Below are positions 59,125 through 64,000 of a stretch of DNA of 64,000 nt, piece by piece. Below the pieces are notes generated by a model. It saw nothing but the letters and a program-made list of their open reading frames with translations, had not been told where the DNA came from and did not search any database. Location of the stretch: assembly GCA_002269645.1 (NCBI GenBank), contig NIVC01001350.1, forward strand, positions 62,001-126,000, in the 5' to 3' direction. The translations under genes were made by a program, and so were the position numbers. This DNA comes from Macrostomum lignano (Eukaryota). Each line of letters starts with the position of its first letter. The first letter of the stretch is position 1.

Positions 59125-61718
59125 ATGTATCGAAGCGAGAACTTCCGCAGCAGCGTTTCGCGAGCCGGCGCCGACAGCCATGGGAGCAGAGACTTTGGAA
59201 AGCCGTTGTCGCACCGCGAGCTGGACAGGGCTCTCCACTCCCTCCCGGCCAGGAAGGCCCCAGGACCCGATGAGATCTGCGCTGAACATCTGCAGCACCT
59301 CGGTGCCGCTGGCCGCCGGGCGGTCCTGCAGCTGATCAACGCGTCCTGGACCCAGGGGGAGGTCCCGCGGCGTGGCGCCGTGCCCACATCGTGCCGATCC
59401 TCAAGAAGGGCAAGCCAGCCGACGAGATCGGCTCATACCGGCCGATTGCCCTTACCTCCACTCTGGCCAAGCTGGCCGAGCGTCTGGTTCAAGCGCGGCT
59501 CTACTGGTGGGCCGAGTCCCGGCACCTGCTGCACCCCGCCCAAGCCGGCTTCCGCAAGCGGCGCAGCACCGAGGACCAGATTGCCCGGCTCACCCAGCTC
59601 ATCAGCGACGGCCACCAGGCGGCCCCCGCCAGGCGGACGGTCGTCGTCCTGTTCGACTTCCGGCGGGCGTACGACACCGTCTGGAAGCAGGGCCTGCTGC
59701 ACAAGCTGCACAACGCCGGCATCCCAGCGGCCGGGGTCCGCTGGATCAGCAGCTTCCTGGCCGATCGCCGCGCTGCCGTCAGGGTGGACGGCGCGCTGAG
59801 CAGCTGGCGGCTCTTCCGCGAGGGCCTGCCACAGGGGAGTGTCCTTGCCCCTCTGCTCTTTGCGCTGTACATCAACGACCTGCCTGACCACCTGCCGTCC
59901 GACTGCACGCCGTTCCTCTACGCCGACGACCTGGCCATCGCAGTGCAAGGCCTGACCGTGGAAGAGGCCGAGACGAAGGCGCAGGCTGCGATCGACGCGG
60001 TCTCCGACTGGGCGAACGAGTGGCGGATGGAGCTGGCGCCGAACAAGTGCGCCGCTTCCCTGTTCACCACCACCGCCGGAGAGGCCAGCCGCGAGCTGCG
60101 TCTGCGGCTGAACGACGCCCCGCTCTCGACGGACCGCCAGCCGCGCTTCCTCGGCGTCATCCTGGACCGGCTGCTCAGCTTCACGGCGCACGCCGCCAAC
60201 GTCGCCGGCCGCGCCCGCGCCCGCTGCGGCGTCCTGGCGGCGCTGTCTGGCAGCAACTGGGGCGCCAAGCAGAGCGACGTGCGCCAGCTCTACACGGCCT
60301 ATGTGCGGCCGGTGCTGGAGTACGCTGCCGGCGCCTGGATGCCGACGGCCTGCAGGACAGCTATCGACCACCTGGACCGGGCCCAGCGCCTGGGCGCGCG
60401 CATCATCACCGGGTGTCCACGGAACACCAGGTCGGAGGTGCTGGAGCGCGAGGCCGGATTGCCACCGATGGCAGTCCGCGCGGAGATGCACGCTGGCCTC
60501 CTCCACGAGCGCGCCCTCAGGCTGCCGCATGACAACCCGCTGCGCGCCTGCGCGGCCAGCGTCGGCCCGCGCCGCCGCCTCCAAAGCGCCCGCGGCTGGC
60601 GCGAGACGGCGGCCAGTGTATGCAGCGCTGCGGGCCTGAGCGGCTTCCCGCGAGAGCCCGTCCACGCTGTCCCGACGACACCCACCTGGGCTGCTCTGGA
60701 CTCCGTCACCCTCGGGCTGCAGTTGGCCTCCCCGACCTCGCGGGGGGACCTGCCGGAGGCCCGGAGAGCCGCGGCGCAGCAGACGCTTGCCGCCCTGCCG
60801 CCCGCCAGCACTGTGATCTGGACCGACGGAGCGGCGAAGGACGGCATCCTGGACGGCGGCAGTGGCGTCCTGGTCGAGCCCAACACGACGCTGTGCGTCG
60901 CTGCTGGCCATGTGACGTCCAGCTTCCACGCCGAGTTAGTGGCCATCGCTGAGGCCCTTCGGTGGGTGCTCGCGGCCCCGGACCCGGCAGAGCTGTCGCC
61001 GGTCCGCATCTGCTCCGACTCCCTGAGCGCGCTTAGCGCGCTCGCGTCCGGCCCCGGGTCGACGGGCGCCACCATGATCGACGCCGTCTGGGCCAGCCTC
61101 GCCGACCTCGCGGCCCGGGGAACCTCGGTCCACCTGCAGTGGGTGCCTGGCCACGCGGGAATCCCAGGCAACGAGGCCGTGGACGAGATCGCCAAGCAAG
61201 GCACCACGCTGGCGCAAGGCACCGCGCCCGTCCCGCTAGCTGCCGCGCAGGCTGCCGTCCGCCGCCACTGCCTCGCCCGCTGGCACCAGATCTACAACGC
61301 GGCGGCCACCGAGGCGGCGAGCACGAGCTCGCTTGCCTGGCACCTTGCCTGCAAGGCGGGCCGCCTGCCGCCTCAGCCGACAAGCGACCTCACGCGGCGG
61401 CAGGAGCGGCTGATCTGCCAGCTGCGCGCCGACCGCTGCCCGGCCCTGCGGGGCTTCCAGGCCGCCATCGGCGATGACGTGGCCCCCACCTGCCGCTTCT
61501 GTGGCGATGGAGAGGAGACGGCGGCCCATCTGCTGATCTCCTGCCCCGCCCTGACATCTCACCGCTGCCGCCTCTGGGGGCCAAGCCCGGAGCCCGCGGC
61601 AGTTTTCGAGAACTGCGTCGCGGTGTTGAACTTCCTCGGGAAGGCGGGCGCCATCTGACGCCCGGTGCCATGGGCCCTGGCCCGAGCACGCCCGAAGAAG
61701 AAGAAGAAGAAGAAGAAG
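59125..61718 (+). mobile_element. 5'-truncated non-LTR retrotransposon (RT + RNase H + CCHC; I-group-like) with a (GAA)8 tail
   Basis: KAPGPDEI, YRPIALTS, QAGFR, FDFRRAYDTV, GLPQGSVLAPLLF, YADDLAI; RNase H WTDGA, ELVAI, SDSLSAL, QWVPGHAGIPGNEAVD; CRFC..ETAAHLLISC; stop at 61658; (GAA)n 61694-61717; a single frameshift near 59362. Confidence 0.95.
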
Positions 61719-62519
61719 TTTATTTTGTCTACTCCCATCAGCAGCTTCCCCTCCTTGCCTCTCGCTCGTCCGCATCCAATTTAAATTCACAATACAGTCA
61801 CAGTTGCAACCTGAAACTGTCCAGATCCTGGCAAAACTGTCTTAGCTGCGCAGATTGTGTCACTCAATTAAGATCCTGCGGTTGAGACTTACGGTGCAGT
61901 ATTATAGTGACGAAGCGTGTTATTCTCATTAACTTTGCTGTTTGCCTTCCTGACTGCGCAGTTGCCACTTGACAAGCCTGCAGTGGGATGTAGTTTTTCT
62001 TTGCCTGTAGCACTTGGTGTTAGCATTCTGCCCGATGGAGTCATACGGAATCTTCCTGCGTACCTTGATGCGTCTGCTGCCTGTGGCTTGCCAAAACTGC
62101 TTCTGGGCTGCGCGGTTTTTTGCAGATTTTTAGCCAAACGAAGATGTGGCAATAATCGAAAAAAATCTGTTTTATATTCGGCTTTGAACACAATCTTGAA
62201 ACAATTCAAATTTCTGTAGACTATAACTATACACTAGTTTTCAGAAATTCAAGCCAGCCCAGCTTAAACCTTGTCGCTTAGCTGGGACACTTGCTGCAGC
62301 CTGCGCTTCTTCAGCCACCTTTCTGTGTATGCATTGTGTCTGCACAGCAAATTTAAGCTAAACAGTGCGAAACTTCACCCCCACTTGTTCTTGGTGGCGT
62401 CAATTATCGCACCTGAATAGGATTCTAATCCCTCTTAGTCGTTCTTTCTGTACAGGCCTCAAGTATCTGACTCCTTAATTCTTTTTTGCAACCTTCACTG
62501 AAGTCCCAAACCCATGGTT

Positions 62520-63540
62520 CACAGGTGTTTATATCCCATCAGCCCTGATTCACAGTTGATTATATCCCATCAGCTCCGATTCACAGGTGATTATATCCCA
62601 TCAGCCCCGATTCACAGGTAATTATATCCCATCAGCCCCGATTCACAGGTGATTATATCCCATCAGCCCCGATTCACAGGTGATTATATCCCATCAGCCC
62701 CGATTCACAGGTAATTATATCCCATCAGCCCCGATTCACAGGTGATTATATCCCATCAGCCCCGATTCACAGGTGATTATATCCCATCAGCCCCGATTCA
62801 CAGGTGATTATATCCCATCAGCCCCGATTCACAGGTGATTATATCCCATCAGCCCCGATTCACAGGTGATTATATCCCATCAGCCCCGATTCACAGGTGA
62901 TTATATCCCATCAGCCCAGATTCACAGGTGATTATATCCTATCAGCCCTGATTCACAGGTGATTATATCCCATCAGCCCTGAGTCACAGGTTATTTATCC
63001 CAACAGCTCTCATTTACAGGTGATTATATCCCATCAGCCCTCTTGCACAGGTACAGGATAATTATCGCATCAGCCCTCATTCACAGGTACAAGATAATTA
63101 TCGCATCAGCCTTCATTCACAGGTACAGGATAATTATCGCATCAGCCCTCATTCACAGGTACAGGATAATTATCGCATCAGCCCTCATTCACAGGTACAG
63201 GATAATTATCTTATCAGCCCTCATTCACAGGTACAGGATAACTATCTTATCAGCCCTCATTCACAGGTACAGGATAATTATCTTATCAGCCCTCATTCAC
63301 AGGTACAGGATAATTATCTTATCAGCCCTCATTCACAGGTACAGGATAATTATTTTATCAGCCCTCATTCACAGGTACAGGATAATTATCTTATCAGCCC
63401 TCATTCACAGGTACAGGATAATTATCCCATGAGCCTTCATTCACAGGTACAGGATAATTATCCCATGAGCCTTCATTCACAGGTACAGGATAATTATCCC
63501 ATCAGCCCTCATTCACAGGTACAGGATAATTATCTTATCA
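62520..63540. repeat. Compound minisatellite: 31-bp units followed by related 36-bp units
   Basis: CACAGGTGATTATATCCCATCAGCCCCGATT (to about 63040), then CACAGGTACAGGATAATTATCTTATCAGCCCTCATT. Confidence 0.95.
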
Positions 63541-64000
63541 GGCCTGATTCTCAAGTGGGATGCTGCCTTCCAACCGGTAAAAATATATTTGCGAGTCACC
63601 TGTGCCCCAACCCCGATCTCTTTGCATTCTTTGTTGAAAATGGGTCAGTTTTGAATACCAGCCTGTAGCTGGCGCGCAAGTGACAGACAGGGGAGGAGCA
63701 ACTGCTTCACTTTGGCATCAGAATGGAAACATTCTTAGGCTCATCAATGCAATTCCCATCTATGTGTGTGCGGTAATTCACTCGCTCCTGGCAACACGAG
63801 CCAAGTCCGAGACAGGCGCTGCGGGTCCATTTAAATGGTTGGACCGTCAGTTGCCAAGTCTGCCTGCTCCCCCCTCCCAGCCCATGTCTCTGGCCTGAGC
63901 CTCGGCCGTGCAGTTGCTCCCGTGGCATGATCAAGTGCGGCCATGTGACACGCGCTGCAGGTCACTCAAGTCGCTTGATGAAGCCCCGCCTGTTGTTTAC

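Noticed and set aside
59433-61790. Long antisense and alternate-frame ORFs (498, 307, 184 aa etc.) over the LINE
   Set aside because: Shadow ORFs caused by very high GC content; no motifs. The same applies to the antisense ORFs over the formin, ankyrin and ALKBH1 exons.
12685-63540. Regular repeats resembling CRISPR arrays (53, 61, 57, 36, 32, 31 bp)
   Set aside because: They are head-to-tail with no unique spacers, there are no cas genes, and the context is eukaryotic.

Overview
Repeat-rich animal (invertebrate) genomic DNA with GT-AG introns and the standard genetic code; there is no prokaryotic content. The gene style resembles a free-living flatworm such as Macrostomum, but that is only a guess. 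From left to right: an intronless FMNL-like formin (-); a tandem segmental duplication carrying two small secreted WSC-domain genes, where copy 1 has a Tc1 insertion and both copies carry a P-element-like transposase relic; several non-autonomous DNA transposons; and a cluster of five intronless ankyrin-repeat genes, three of them disrupted, one ending in a death-fold-like domain, with mosaic near-identical blocks. Inside that cluster lies a 683-bp foldback with a minimal hammerhead ribozyme motif on each arm. Then come four same-strand genes: APTX, SMNDC1, an unknown 193-aa ORF and ALKBH1. Their introns hold a Penelope-like fragment with its own hammerhead, a young internally deleted Ty3/Gypsy LTR element, MITEs and many minisatellites. 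The window ends with a GC-rich RT-RNase H LINE and more minisatellites. Best leads: the mirrored hammerhead foldback, the mosaic ankyrin cluster, and the 13-bp gap between the unknown ORF and ALKBH1. All coordinates and alignments were done by eye.
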